Positions 1-8,315 of a DNA stretch of 49,382 nt are shown here, one piece after another. The position numbers and the translations under genes were made by a program. The notes beneath the pieces were generated by a model that searched no databases, was not told the origin of the DNA, and worked only from the letters and a program-made list of their open reading frames with translations. The DNA comes from Candidatus Zixiibacteriota bacterium. Lineage in GTDB: Bacteria; RBG-13-66-14; B26-G2; WVWN01. The stretch covers positions 1-49,382 of the forward strand of contig JASFLY010000021.1 of the NCBI GenBank assembly GCA_050117845.1, given 5' to 3'. Each line of letters starts with the position of its first letter. The stretch's first letter is position 1.

Positions 1-585
1 CGACCCGCGGGCCGCCCTTCGGGATATAATGTGGGGGCCGACCTTCGGGTCGGCCCGTTTTTTCGTTGACGGGAGGGTGGGGCCGGCATTCCTGCCGGCC
101 GTTTAAATAAAGCGCCAACCGTAGGGCTACACAACCGTACGGCCTTGCGCTTTCCCGAGGCCGTACCGTTTACGGTACGGTCGGTCAGCCGTTCACCTAC
201 AACGCCGCGTTAACGCGGCGTTATAGGCCCGCGGCGTTTGACGAACCTCGGCGTGAACGCCGAGGTCTCCCGTTTAAGGGGCGACCCGCGGGCCGCCCTT
301 CGGGATATAATGTGGGGGCCGACCTTCGGGTCGGCCCGTTTTTTCGTTGACGGGAGGGTGGGGCCGGCATTCCTGCCGGCGGTTTAAAATAACGCGCCAA
401 ACATAGGGCTACACAACAGTACAGCCTTACGCTTTCCCGAGGCCGTACCGTTTACGGTGCGGTCGGTCAGCCGTTCACCTACGACGCCGCGTTAACGCGG
501 CGTTATAGGCCCGCGGTCATATGACGGACCTCGGCGTGAACGCCGAGGCCTCCGGCCGTAAGGGCGTAACGCGTTACGCCCCTAC
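1..585. repeat. Tandem ~281-bp repeat (2 copies, may extend beyond window start) built from distinct GC-rich palindromes (REP/BIME-like)
   Basis: CGACCCGCGGGCCGCCCTTCGGGATATAATG occurs at 1 and 282. Hairpins at 35-56, 81-100, 161-180, 201-222, 246-265, 276-300 mostly recur at +281/282. Terminal hairpin GGGCGTAACGCGTTACGCCC followed by CTAC at 562-585. Confidence 0.9.
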
Positions 586-598
586 CGCACATGCGTTC

Positions 599-2215
599 CT
601 ACCCGGCCGCTGGCGCTTTCCTGCGGAACAGCGCCTTTGCCGACAATCCGGCCAGCACCAACGACAATGCCATTAATACGGCCGATATTACGAGCAATAC
701 GACGTTCGACTCGACGAACAGGTAATGATATATCTTGAGGCCGAGCGCCGAGAGCGTAATAACGAACATTAGCACCATGGGGATGAGGACGAAGATGCGC
801 TTCCGGCCCCGGGCCGAAAGCCACACCGTAACCGCCAGTAGCGCCAGCGCCGCCATCATCTGGTTGGCCGAACCGAAGATGGGCCAGACCGTCTTGGCGC
901 CGTAGAAGGCGAGGAACGCCCCGCCGGCGACCGTGACGGCCGTGGCCGTGAAGCGGTTGCGGAGGACGCCGAAACGCTCCGGCCTGCCCTTCACGCTAAA
1001 TAATTCCTGGAAGGAGAAACGGGCCAGCCTTGTCGCCGTGTCAAGGGAGGTGAGGCAGAAGGCCGAGACCGCCAGCGCGCAGAAGACTCCCGCCGCCTCG
1101 GGCGCAAGATGGAGGCCCGGCAACGCCGACAGGAGTCGGCCCGCTCCGGCGGCGAATACCGCTACCGGCGTCCCTTCCCGTTCTCCCGCCGTAAGCAGCC
1201 CCACCGCCACGACCGTAGCGACCGCGAGAACTCCCTCGACTAGCATGGCGCCGTAAGCCACGCGCCGGGCGTCGCGTTCGTTGTTGAGTTGTTTGGACGT
1301 CGTGCCCGAGGCCACTAGCGCGTGAAAGCCGGAGATAGCGCCGCACGCCACGATGACGAAGAGGAAGGGGAAGGCGGGTTCGGCCACGTCCGGCCCGAAG
1401 AGCGGCCCCACCGCCGGGACGTTCACCGTGGGATTGAAGAAGAAGACGCCCAGGACGATGCCGCCGAGTAGCGCCCATAGGAGGAAGGAACTCAGGAAGT
1501 CGCGCGGCTGGAGGAGGACCCATACGGGCGTAACAGAGGCTACGAAGACGTAGGCGATCAGGATAAACACCCAGACGTTGTAGGATAGCGCCAGCGGGAA
1601 GGAGAAGCCGGCCCAGATGCAGGCCGCGACGCCGACCACGCCGAGGATCGATGACAGCGCGAGCGGCATCTTGAGGCGGTAGACGGCGAAACCGAAAGCG
1701 ATCGCGAGTAGCATGAAGAGCCCCGAGGCCGTCGCCACCGCCGGCGTCCCCACGAAGGTCTTGGCGACGATGTCGACGAAGACGGCGACGACGAGGAGGA
1801 GCGTCGCCCACGAGAAGAGGAGCAGAAGGTACTTGCCCGCCGGCCCGACGTACGCCTCCAACAACTCGCCGAGGGACTTCCCGCGGTGCCGGACCGACGC
1901 CATGAGCGCCGCGAAATCGTGGACGCCTCCCACGAAGACGACGCCCAACAGGACCCAAAGCAGCACGGGCAACCAGCCGTACTTGATCGCGATTATCGGC
2001 CCGACGATGGGGCCGGCGCCGGCGATGGAGGCGAAGTGATGCCCCATGACCACGGGCGCTTTCGCCGGTACGTAATCCACGCCGTCGTGGTGCTGGTGGG
2101 CGGGCGTGGGCCGGGACGGGTCGACGCCCAGCCGCCGGCTCACGAAACGGCCGTAAACGACGTAGCCTAATCCCAGAAGCGCGAGCGATATTATTATAAG
2201 GACGATGCCGGACAT
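599..2215 (-). CDS. cstA: Carbon starvation protein A family peptide/pyruvate transporter
   Basis: Polytopic membrane protein with CstA motifs GHHFASIAGAGPIVGP, GGVHDF, VACGAISGFHAL, LTSLDT, WPIFGSANQ; SD AAGGAG upstream. Confidence 0.93.
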   Translation of the reverse strand: MSGIVLIIISLALLGLGYVVYGRFVSRRLGVDPSRPTPAHQHHDGVDYVPAKAPVVMGHHFASIAGAGPIVGPIIAIKYGWLPVLLWVLLGVVFVGGVHDFAALMASVRHRGKSLGELLEAYVGPAGKYLLLLFSWATLLLVVAVFVDIVAKTFVGTPAVATASGLFMLLAIAFGFAVYRLKMPLALSSILGVVGVAACIWAGFSFPLALSYNVWVFILIAYVFVASVTPVWVLLQPRDFLSSFLLWALLGGIVLGVFFFNPTVNVPAVGPLFGPDVAEPAFPFLFVIVACGAISGFHALVASGTTSKQLNNERDARRVAYGAMLVEGVLAVATVVAVGLLTAGEREGTPVAVFAAGAGRLLSALPGLHLAPEAAGVFCALAVSAFCLTSLDTATRLARFSFQELFSVKGRPERFGVLRNRFTATAVTVAGGAFLAFYGAKTVWPIFGSANQMMAALALLAVTVWLSARGRKRIFVLIPMVLMFVITLSALGLKIYHYLFVESNVVLLVISAVLMALSLVLAGLSAKALFRRKAPAAG

Positions 2216-2244
2216 GGAGGCTCCTTACTATCAGGGAACTTTTA

Positions 2245-2273
2245 AATGTAAAATAACGTCGTACGATTATCAA
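2245..2273 (-). promoter_or_regulatory. sigma70-type promoter for cstA
   Basis: TTGATA-17 nt-TACATT on the minus strand upstream of the cstA SD. Confidence 0.55.
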
Positions 2274-2293
2274 GTCGGGGCTAACGGAAAGAT

Positions 2294-2522
2294 ATAGGGC
2301 CGCGCGGCTGCGCGGCCTTGCCTCATATCGAGGCCGTACCGTTTACGGTACGGTAGATCAAACGTTCGCCAACAACGCCGCGTTAACGCGGCGTTATAGG
2401 CCGGGGGGCGTGTGATTGACCCCGGCGTAAACGCCGAGGACTCAGGGCCGTAGGGGTGCGACGCGTTGCGCCCCTATCACCGGCGGTTCCGGAACGCGGC
2501 AGGTGGTAACACCTGCCGCCAC
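2294..2522. repeat. Third, partial copy of the palindrome mosaic plus extra hairpins
   Basis: Same order and orientation as ~403-585: CCGTACCGTTTACGGTACGG, AACGCCGCGTTAACGCGGCGTT, CGGCGTAAACGCCG, GTAGGGGTGCGACGCGTTGCGCCCCTA; extra hairpin GCGGCAGGTG-GTAA-CACCTGCCGC at 2496-2519. Confidence 0.88.
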
Positions 2523-2550
2523 GTTAAAGGCCGCTTAATTCCGAATCGGG

Positions 2551-2579
2551 TTGAGATAATAAGGCATTTTTGCTAATAT
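2551..2579 (+). promoter_or_regulatory. sigma70-type promoter with extended -10 for iscS
   Basis: TTGAGA-17 nt (ending TGc)-TAATAT. Confidence 0.55.
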
Positions 2580-2605
2580 TTACGTCCCCGCGACGGGGGT
2601 GTGCT

Positions 2606-3766
2606 ATGGACGGAATTTACCTAGATTACAACGCCACCACGCCGACGGCCCCGGAGGTCTTCGAGGCCATGGCGCCCTTCTTTTCGGATAATTTCGCCAA
2701 CCCGTCGAACCTCCACGCATTCGGCCTGCGGGCCAATAAACCCGTAACCGCGGCCCGACGGAAAGTGGCGGAACTCCTCGGCGCCGCATCCCCGGAGGAG
2801 ATAGTCTTCACTGGCGGCGGCTCCGAGGCGGACAACCTTGCCGTCAAAGGCGTGGCCTTCGCGCGACGGGACGCCGGTCGGCACGTCGTAACGTCGGCGG
2901 TGGAGCACCCGGCCGTACTCGTTACCTGCGAATGGCTGGCCTCGGAGGGCTACGACGTAAGTTTCCTCGCCCCCGACGAACGCGGCGTGATCTCGCCGGA
3001 GACCTTGGCGGCCGTCCTGCGCGACGATACTATCCTGGCTTCGATAATGCATACCAACAACGAGGTAGGGACCGTCGAGCCGATAGCCGAGCTGGCCGCC
3101 GTCGCCCGGGAGCGGGGCGTCCTCTTCCATACCGACGCCGTACAATCCGTCGGCAAGGTCCCGGTGAACGTAAAGGACCTGGGCGTCGACCTCCTCTCCA
3201 TCTCCGCCCACAAGTTCTACGGCCCCAAGGGCGTGGGCGTGCTGTACGTGCGCGAGGGCGTCGACCTGGTTCCCGTGATACTCGGCGGCCACCAGGAAGA
3301 GGGCCGGCGGGCGGGGACCCACAATACGCCGGGGATCGTCGGCCTGGCCCGGGCGCTTGAGCTCGCGGTGGAGAACTTGAGTACGGAAGGTCCGCGCCTC
3401 GCCGCGCTTCGCGACGAACTCCGCGACGGCGTAATGGCCATGGCGGGCTCGGTAGTAATAATGACGCCGGAACGGGGCGTCGTCCCCAATACGCTGAACG
3501 TGTGCTTCCCGGGGATCGACGGCGAGTCGCTCATGCTCGCGCTCGACATGGAGGGCGTCTCGGCCGCGACGGGTTCGGCCTGCGCCAGCGGTTCGGACGA
3601 ACCTTCCCACGTCCTGACGGCGATGGGCTGCCGCCCCGAGATAGCCCGGGGTTCCATTCGCTTCAGCCTGGGGAAATATACCCGTCCCGAGGACGTACGC
3701 CGGGTGTTGGAGGTCCTGCCGGCGGTTGTCGAGAAGCTCCGGGCCGTATCGCCCGCTTTCGATTAG
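2606..3766 (+). CDS. iscS: Group I cysteine desulfurase (IscS/NifS)
   Basis: YLDYNATTP, HTDAVQ, PLP-lysine SAHKFYGPKG, catalytic ATGSACASG; start moved to ATG 2606 after GGGGT. Confidence 0.92.
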   Translation: MDGIYLDYNATTPTAPEVFEAMAPFFSDNFANPSNLHAFGLRANKPVTAARRKVAELLGAASPEEIVFTGGGSEADNLAVKGVAFARRDAGRHVVTSAVEHPAVLVTCEWLASEGYDVSFLAPDERGVISPETLAAVLRDDTILASIMHTNNEVGTVEPIAELAAVARERGVLFHTDAVQSVGKVPVNVKDLGVDLLSISAHKFYGPKGVGVLYVREGVDLVPVILGGHQEEGRRAGTHNTPGIVGLARALELAVENLSTEGPRLAALRDELRDGVMAMAGSVVIMTPERGVVPNTLNVCFPGIDGESLMLALDMEGVSAATGSACASGSDEPSHVLTAMGCRPEIARGSIRFSLGKYTRPEDVRRVLEVLPAVVEKLRAVSPAFD

Positions 3767-3786
3767 GGGAGAGAAAGAAGGGATTT

Positions 3787-4224
3787 ATGACCGCGGTTGA
3801 CGGCGTATATTGGGCCCTCGCGTTGGCGATAGTGCTTATCGCCGGGGCTCTCACTTGGCTTATCGTCCGCTTCGCCGGGACGGTCGGGCGGTTGAATCAG
3901 GTCATTGGCGACGTGCGGAAAGAGGTTCCCGCCGGCGCCGAGAGTGTCCGGAAAATCCTGGGGAACGCCGAGCAGGTGACGTCGGACCTGGCCGAGTCGA
4001 CGTCGGTCCTGCGGGACGCCGCCTCGACGATACGGATGATAGTGGATCGCGTCGGCGACGCGGTGCGGTTTCTGGACGACAACGTGTTCTCGAAATTTTC
4101 CGCTCTCGCGCCGTTCTTCGTGACGGTCGGTACTTGGGTAGAGCGCCTGACGCGCTCGAAGGCCAAGAAAACCGCTTCCGAGCGCGAGGGGGCGGACGAA
4201 CCGGATGAAAAGGTAGACGATTAG
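3787..4224 (+). CDS. YtxG/DUF948-like membrane-anchored helical protein
   Basis: N-terminal TM (WALALAIVLIAGALTWLIV) then amphipathic helices; directly upstream of a YtxH-like gene, a known pairing; start ATG 3787 after AAGGGA. Confidence 0.65.
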   Translation: MTAVDGVYWALALAIVLIAGALTWLIVRFAGTVGRLNQVIGDVRKEVPAGAESVRKILGNAEQVTSDLAESTSVLRDAASTIRMIVDRVGDAVRFLDDNVFSKFSALAPFFVTVGTWVERLTRSKAKKTASEREGADEPDEKVDD

Positions 4225-4236
4225 GAGGATAGCGTA

Positions 4237-4494
4237 ATGACGGATAGAGGTAGTAGCGCCGGATTGGTATTGTTATCGTTCCTCGTCGGCGGCATCGCCG
4301 GCGGCGTACTGGGTATCCTCTTCGCGCCGAAAGCGGGCAAGGAGACCCGCGAGGATATCGCCGAAGCTGCGGCCGAAATGAAAAAAGAGGCCGAGAAATT
4401 CGCGCGCGAAGCGAAAGATAAGGTTGACGGCTTCGTCGAGGAATCCCGTAGCGTTATCTCGAAGCTTTCGTCCAAGGAAAAGGCGAAAGCGTAA
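4237..4494 (+). CDS. YtxH domain protein
   Basis: Signature FLVGGIAGGVLGILFAPKAGKETREDI; SD AGGAGG. Confidence 0.88.
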   Translation: MTDRGSSAGLVLLSFLVGGIAGGVLGILFAPKAGKETREDIAEAAAEMKKEAEKFAREAKDKVDGFVEESRSVISKLSSKEKAKA

Positions 4495-4528
4495 CGAGCG
4501 TGCCGGGAGCGGGGCGTGAAACGTAGCT

Positions 4529-4568
4529 AAAAAAAATATGACCGCTTCGGGGGCGGTCATATTGTTTT
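4529..4568. terminator. Bidirectional intrinsic terminator
   Basis: A-run, AATATGACCGC...GCGGTCATATT stem and T-run between convergent genes. Confidence 0.7.
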
Positions 4569-4603
4569 AAAAGCCGGGGCCGGCGGGGTCAAAACCGACT
4601 TTT

Positions 4604-5032
4604 TTAACCGCCGCCTTCCTCGCCGGCATCCTCGACGTCGGGGGCTTTAAACATGTCGCCGGTTTTAATCTCGCCGAGGGAGTCATCTACGGGGACGCGC
4701 CGGTAATACCGCAACTGGTATTCTTCGGGCAAATAGGACGAGGGCTCGTTGTTGTAAATCGTGAAGGGCATCTGGTCGAAGTTGGGTTTGGTCCGGGGGA
4801 TTATTATCTCTACCGGCCGCGAGAGTTCGGGTAATATCTCTAGTTCCGGAAACTCTATAACTTTCTCGTATTCGACCTTGCCGGTTCCGAAGTTGATGAC
4901 CTTCTCTTCCCGAACGACGTAGCCCGGGTCTGTGGCCTCTTCGCCCGTTTCCGGCGCCGTCTCGACGGCATCGGCCGCGTACGCGGGGCCCAGTGTCGCC
5001 GCCGCGAGGGATATGTAGATTAGTATTCTCAT
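4604..5032 (-). CDS. Small acidic secreted protein (weak resemblance to CglF/GltF-type proteins)
   Basis: Signal peptide MRILIYISLAAATLGPAYA; start reassigned to ATG 5032; core YEKVIEFPELEILPELSRPVEIIIPRTKPNF. Confidence 0.6.
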   Translation of the reverse strand: MRILIYISLAAATLGPAYAADAVETAPETGEEATDPGYVVREEKVINFGTGKVEYEKVIEFPELEILPELSRPVEIIIPRTKPNFDQMPFTIYNNEPSSYLPEEYQLRYYRRVPVDDSLGEIKTGDMFKAPDVEDAGEEGGG

Positions 5033-5082
5033 CACCACCACCCATATAATTATAACCCGAAACCGATACGCAGTCAATTTGT

Positions 5083-6273
5083 ATGGGTAACTTTAAGACG
5101 GCGCGAGATATTATCGAGGGCCACGCCGTGGGGGACGCCGGAGACGGTAAGCGCGCGCTCCGGCCCGACGCGTTGATATTGGCCGGGGACGCCGTTCTGG
5201 CGGCGCTCGAAGGGGAGCGGCCTCCGATCGGGACCGGCGGCGCCTTCGACGCGGACCGCGTGCTGTTCTTCGCCGGCGATTGCCGGGGCGGCGGGTCCGC
5301 CGCCTCGCGGGATCAGGCCCAGGTGCTGGCCGAAACGTACGGCTTTCACCTCGTTCACCCGGCGGCCGGGTGCGCCGTAACGGTGGTGGAAGAGCGAGCG
5401 CTCGCAGGGCCCGGAGGCCTGGTCGCGTCGGTAGGTTTACCGAGGGGAGAATATACGGGGGACGGTTCGTTGTTGTGGCCGTTGGCGTCCACCGACCTGC
5501 CGGCGCTGTTGGAGGACGGCGTATTCGAGGCCGCTCCGCCCGACGTCCACCGCGTCCTGTGCCGGGGGAACCTGGGGCCCGGCGTCCTCGATACCGACGT
5601 CGGCCTATACGTCGCGGGGCAGTTCGGCCCGGGCGGGGCCGGGGGCGCCGTATTGGAGTTCGCGGGCGACGTTTGGAACGCCGGGACCTTTTCTCGCGGC
5701 GGGGGCGTGGCGGGAGCCGCGGCGTTGTGTGGCCCCGTCAGCGCGCTTTACGCCCCCGGGACTTCGGCTACGGAGTACGCGGCCGGCTACGAGTACGATT
5801 TCTCCGAGTTGGCGCCCCGATGCGCGGCCGGCAAGGCGGGGGGCTTGTACCAGGAGGGGCCGGTGCTCGAGGAAGCGGGGGCGGCCGTGGAACGCGTCGT
5901 CATCGGGCCGGCGGCGGCCGCGGCGGAACTCGCGGCGGCGGCTCGCGTACTGGATGGCCGCCGGATACATTCCGACGTATCGTTGTGGGTCTCGCCGGCT
6001 TCCCGCCGAGAGCATTTCTCGGCGCTGGCGGCGGGGTCCCTCGTCAAGCTGATAGATGCCGGCGCGACCGTCCTTCCCTCCTGCGTTTTGCCGTGGGAGG
6101 ACGAACTGGCCGGTGACGGGCCGGTCGCGGTGACCGGGTTTTGCGCGTTCGCCGTTTGTTTCCGGCGCGGCGTCGACGTCCACTACGTAAATGCGATTTC
6201 GGCCGCGGCCGCGGCCCTGGCAGGAGAGATATGCGATCCGGTGCCTTTATGCAAAAAAACAGATTCGGAATAA
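5083..6273 (+). CDS. Degenerate aconitase-family (LeuC/HacA large subunit-like) protein lacking catalytic/Fe-S motifs
   Basis: Colinear with LeuC (TARDIIEGH, DADRVLFF, GNLGPGVLDTDVGL, LEFAG, RVVIG, VSPASR, LIDAGA, AAAAALAGEICDP), but DSHT and GSCTN are absent and CxxC is reduced to one Cys. Confidence 0.7.
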   Translation: MGNFKTARDIIEGHAVGDAGDGKRALRPDALILAGDAVLAALEGERPPIGTGGAFDADRVLFFAGDCRGGGSAASRDQAQVLAETYGFHLVHPAAGCAVTVVEERALAGPGGLVASVGLPRGEYTGDGSLLWPLASTDLPALLEDGVFEAAPPDVHRVLCRGNLGPGVLDTDVGLYVAGQFGPGGAGGAVLEFAGDVWNAGTFSRGGGVAGAAALCGPVSALYAPGTSATEYAAGYEYDFSELAPRCAAGKAGGLYQEGPVLEEAGAAVERVVIGPAAAAAELAAAARVLDGRRIHSDVSLWVSPASRREHFSALAAGSLVKLIDAGATVLPSCVLPWEDELAGDGPVAVTGFCAFAVCFRRGVDVHYVNAISAAAAALAGEICDPVPLCKKTDSE

Positions 6274-7205
6274 TACTCGCCCTCGGCCTTATCCTCGCCA
6301 CGACTGCCGCCGCCTTGACGCCGGCCGTGAGCGCCGAATACCCTCTACGGGCGCCTCGCGCCCAGGTATTGTCGGTCGCGGCGTCGCCGTCCTCCGGGGA
6401 CGGCGGCCTGGCGGTTTTCTCCTGGTCTGTTTTCCAGGGCGAGCCTTTGGCGGGAACGGTAGCGTACGTGCACGGCGACGATGCGCCCTTCGAGTTGAGC
6501 GGCGTGTGGTCCGTCGCGCTTGACGCCGAAGCTGAAAGGGTCGTCGTCGGCGAACAACTCGAGGTTATTGATAATACGGTCGACCCGCCGTTCGAACGGA
6601 CGACGACGTTGTGCCGGGAACTCGGCGTGGGGGCCGACGAACTGCGCGGGGCTCTTTATTACGACGGCGTCACGGGGAACGCGTACATCACCAGGCCGGT
6701 AGTCTACGAGTTGTCCTCCGGCGAACGGGAGGCTCTGCCCGTCGTCGGCGGCGATTTCCTGGACTGGGCCGGCGAGGACCGGTTGATAATCGGTCAAGAG
6801 CAGAGCGGCAGCAAGGACCCGGGCCAGGAAGGCCTGGCTCTCTTTGGCTACAACCTCGACAACGAGGCCGTGACCCCCCTCGCCGAGGCGGGCGAGGCCG
6901 TTGCTAAACTCGGGGATAAAATGTCGGCCGACGTGCGGCGCTCGCCGTATCTGGCCGCGTCCTGGCGTCTGGTCTACAAGACGTCGAGTGCGGACACGGA
7001 GCCGCTTCTCGCGGCCGCGCCGCCGGGCGCGTCGGGCTCCTTCGAGAACGCCGGCAACAAGTTCTTCTGGCACGGGGAGGGCCGGGACGCCGTTTACGTC
7101 GGCGAGGGCCGCGCCCTGGCCGTCAGCGGGGACGGCGGCTGGTTAATAACGTACCGCGCCGACGCCGCGAGGCCGCTGACAGCGGTCCGCCTGGAGTGGC
7201 GCTAA
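6249..7205 (+). CDS. Secreted hypothetical protein, possibly beta-propeller-like
   Basis: Signal peptide MQKNRFGIILALGLILATTAAA; start ATG 6249 overlaps the end of the upstream gene. Confidence 0.7.
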   Translation: MQKNRFGIILALGLILATTAAALTPAVSAEYPLRAPRAQVLSVAASPSSGDGGLAVFSWSVFQGEPLAGTVAYVHGDDAPFELSGVWSVALDAEAERVVVGEQLEVIDNTVDPPFERTTTLCRELGVGADELRGALYYDGVTGNAYITRPVVYELSSGEREALPVVGGDFLDWAGEDRLIIGQEQSGSKDPGQEGLALFGYNLDNEAVTPLAEAGEAVAKLGDKMSADVRRSPYLAASWRLVYKTSSADTEPLLAAAPPGASGSFENAGNKFFWHGEGRDAVYVGEGRALAVSGDGGWLITYRADAARPLTAVRLEWR

Positions 7206-7239
7206 CGGGTCCCCCTCTCGCAAGCATTATAATATGTAC

Positions 7240-7267
7240 AAAAAAGGCCGGCGCGAAGCCGGCCTTT
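7240..7267. terminator. Intrinsic terminator hairpin (copy 1)
   Basis: AAAAAAGGCCGGC-GCGAA-GCCGGCCTTT. Confidence 0.7.
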
Positions 7268-7335
7268 CGCGTAACGCTAGTCGTGGGGGGGTACTAATAA
7301 AGACGTAATTTGAGAAAGGCGACAAGGCCGGCACC

Positions 7336-7722
7336 GTGTGGCGAATTCTTTTAATAATTACACTACTATTTACCTTCGCCGCGTGCGAAAATCCGTATGG
7401 AAATACGGATTTTGAGGTGCGACCTAGTATAGCCGGCCCGGTAGAAATCGACGGTTATATATATTTATACTGGGAGGGGTTCGCCCCGGTAAACAAACTA
7501 ACCCGTTGTAGATTGGATAAAGGAAAACGGTCGTGGGAGATAGAATGGGCAAAAGAGGTAGAGCGCCTGGATTACTTCGACAGCGAGAACCTGGTGGCCG
7601 GCACGACTTACGGGTACGTAGTCTCGGATGAACTCGGTTCGCGGTCTGATATAGCGTTTATTACTTACGGCGAGTCGGTAATTTACGGCGACGGAGAGAG
7701 CGTAACGCGACGTACGGAATAG
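7336..7722 (+). CDS. Small lipoprotein, possible FN3-like domain
   Basis: Lipobox FAAC after a hydrophobic stretch; LYW ... DSENLVAGTTYGYVV FN3-like pattern; AT-richer than neighbours. Confidence 0.65.
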   Translation: MWRILLIITLLFTFAACENPYGNTDFEVRPSIAGPVEIDGYIYLYWEGFAPVNKLTRCRLDKGKRSWEIEWAKEVERLDYFDSENLVAGTTYGYVVSDELGSRSDIAFITYGESVIYGDGESVTRRTE

Positions 7723-7736
7723 GTCGAGCTGATTAT

Positions 7737-7766
7737 AAAAAAGGCCGGCGCTAAGCCGGCCTTTTT
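7737..7766. terminator. Bidirectional intrinsic terminator (copy 2)
   Basis: AAAAAAGGCCGGC-GCTAA-GCCGGCCTTTTT between convergent genes. Confidence 0.8.
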
Positions 7767-7786
7767 GGTCGTAATATCGAATAGGG

Positions 7787-8305
7787 CTATCCGCCCAAGG
7801 CTTCGATTATCGCCCGGCAGAAGGCCGGCAGGTCGGCCGGCGCGCGGCTGGTAATGACGCCGCCGTCGACGATGACCTCGGCGTCCACGTAGTCCGCGCC
7901 GGCGTTCATCACGTCGTCCCGGATGCTCTCGAAGCAGGTCGCCTGTTTTCCGGCGAGCGCCCCGGCCGAGATGAGCACCTGGGGGCCGTGGCAAATAGCG
8001 GCCACCGGCTTGCGCGCCCGGGTCATCTCCTTCACGATGGCGAGCGCGGTTCGCGAACGCCGGATGCGGTCGGGCGCGTGGCCGCCGGGGATGACGAGGC
8101 CGTCGTAGGCCGAGGCGTCCACGTCGCCGTAGGTCAGGTCCGCGACGGCCGGGTAGCCGTACTTACCACGGTAGACCTGTCGGCCCGCCGCTGCTACATC
8201 CATGACCGCGCCCTCTTCCTCGAGGCGGATCTTGGGATACCAGAACTCGAGGTCCTCGTACCCCTCGTCCACGAATATCAAAACGCGGTTGCCTGCCAGC
8301 GTCAT
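7787..8305 (-). CDS. pfpI: PfpI/DJ-1 family intracellular protease/deglycase
   Basis: YEDLE, YDGLVIPGG, nucleophile elbow AICHGP, ITSRAPADLPAF. Confidence 0.9.
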   Translation of the reverse strand: MTLAGNRVLIFVDEGYEDLEFWYPKIRLEEEGAVMDVAAAGRQVYRGKYGYPAVADLTYGDVDASAYDGLVIPGGHAPDRIRRSRTALAIVKEMTRARKPVAAICHGPQVLISAGALAGKQATCFESIRDDVMNAGADYVDAEVIVDGGVITSRAPADLPAFCRAIIEALGG

Positions 8306-8315
8306 CTTGCCCCCT

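Noticed and set aside
1..585. CRISPR array or integron attC array
   Set aside because: The period is ~281 bp and linkers are homologous between copies rather than unique spacers or ORF cassettes; no cas or integrase gene in the window.
5083..6273. Functional leuC
   Set aside because: Cluster ligands and DSHT are missing and no leuD or leu operon is adjacent.
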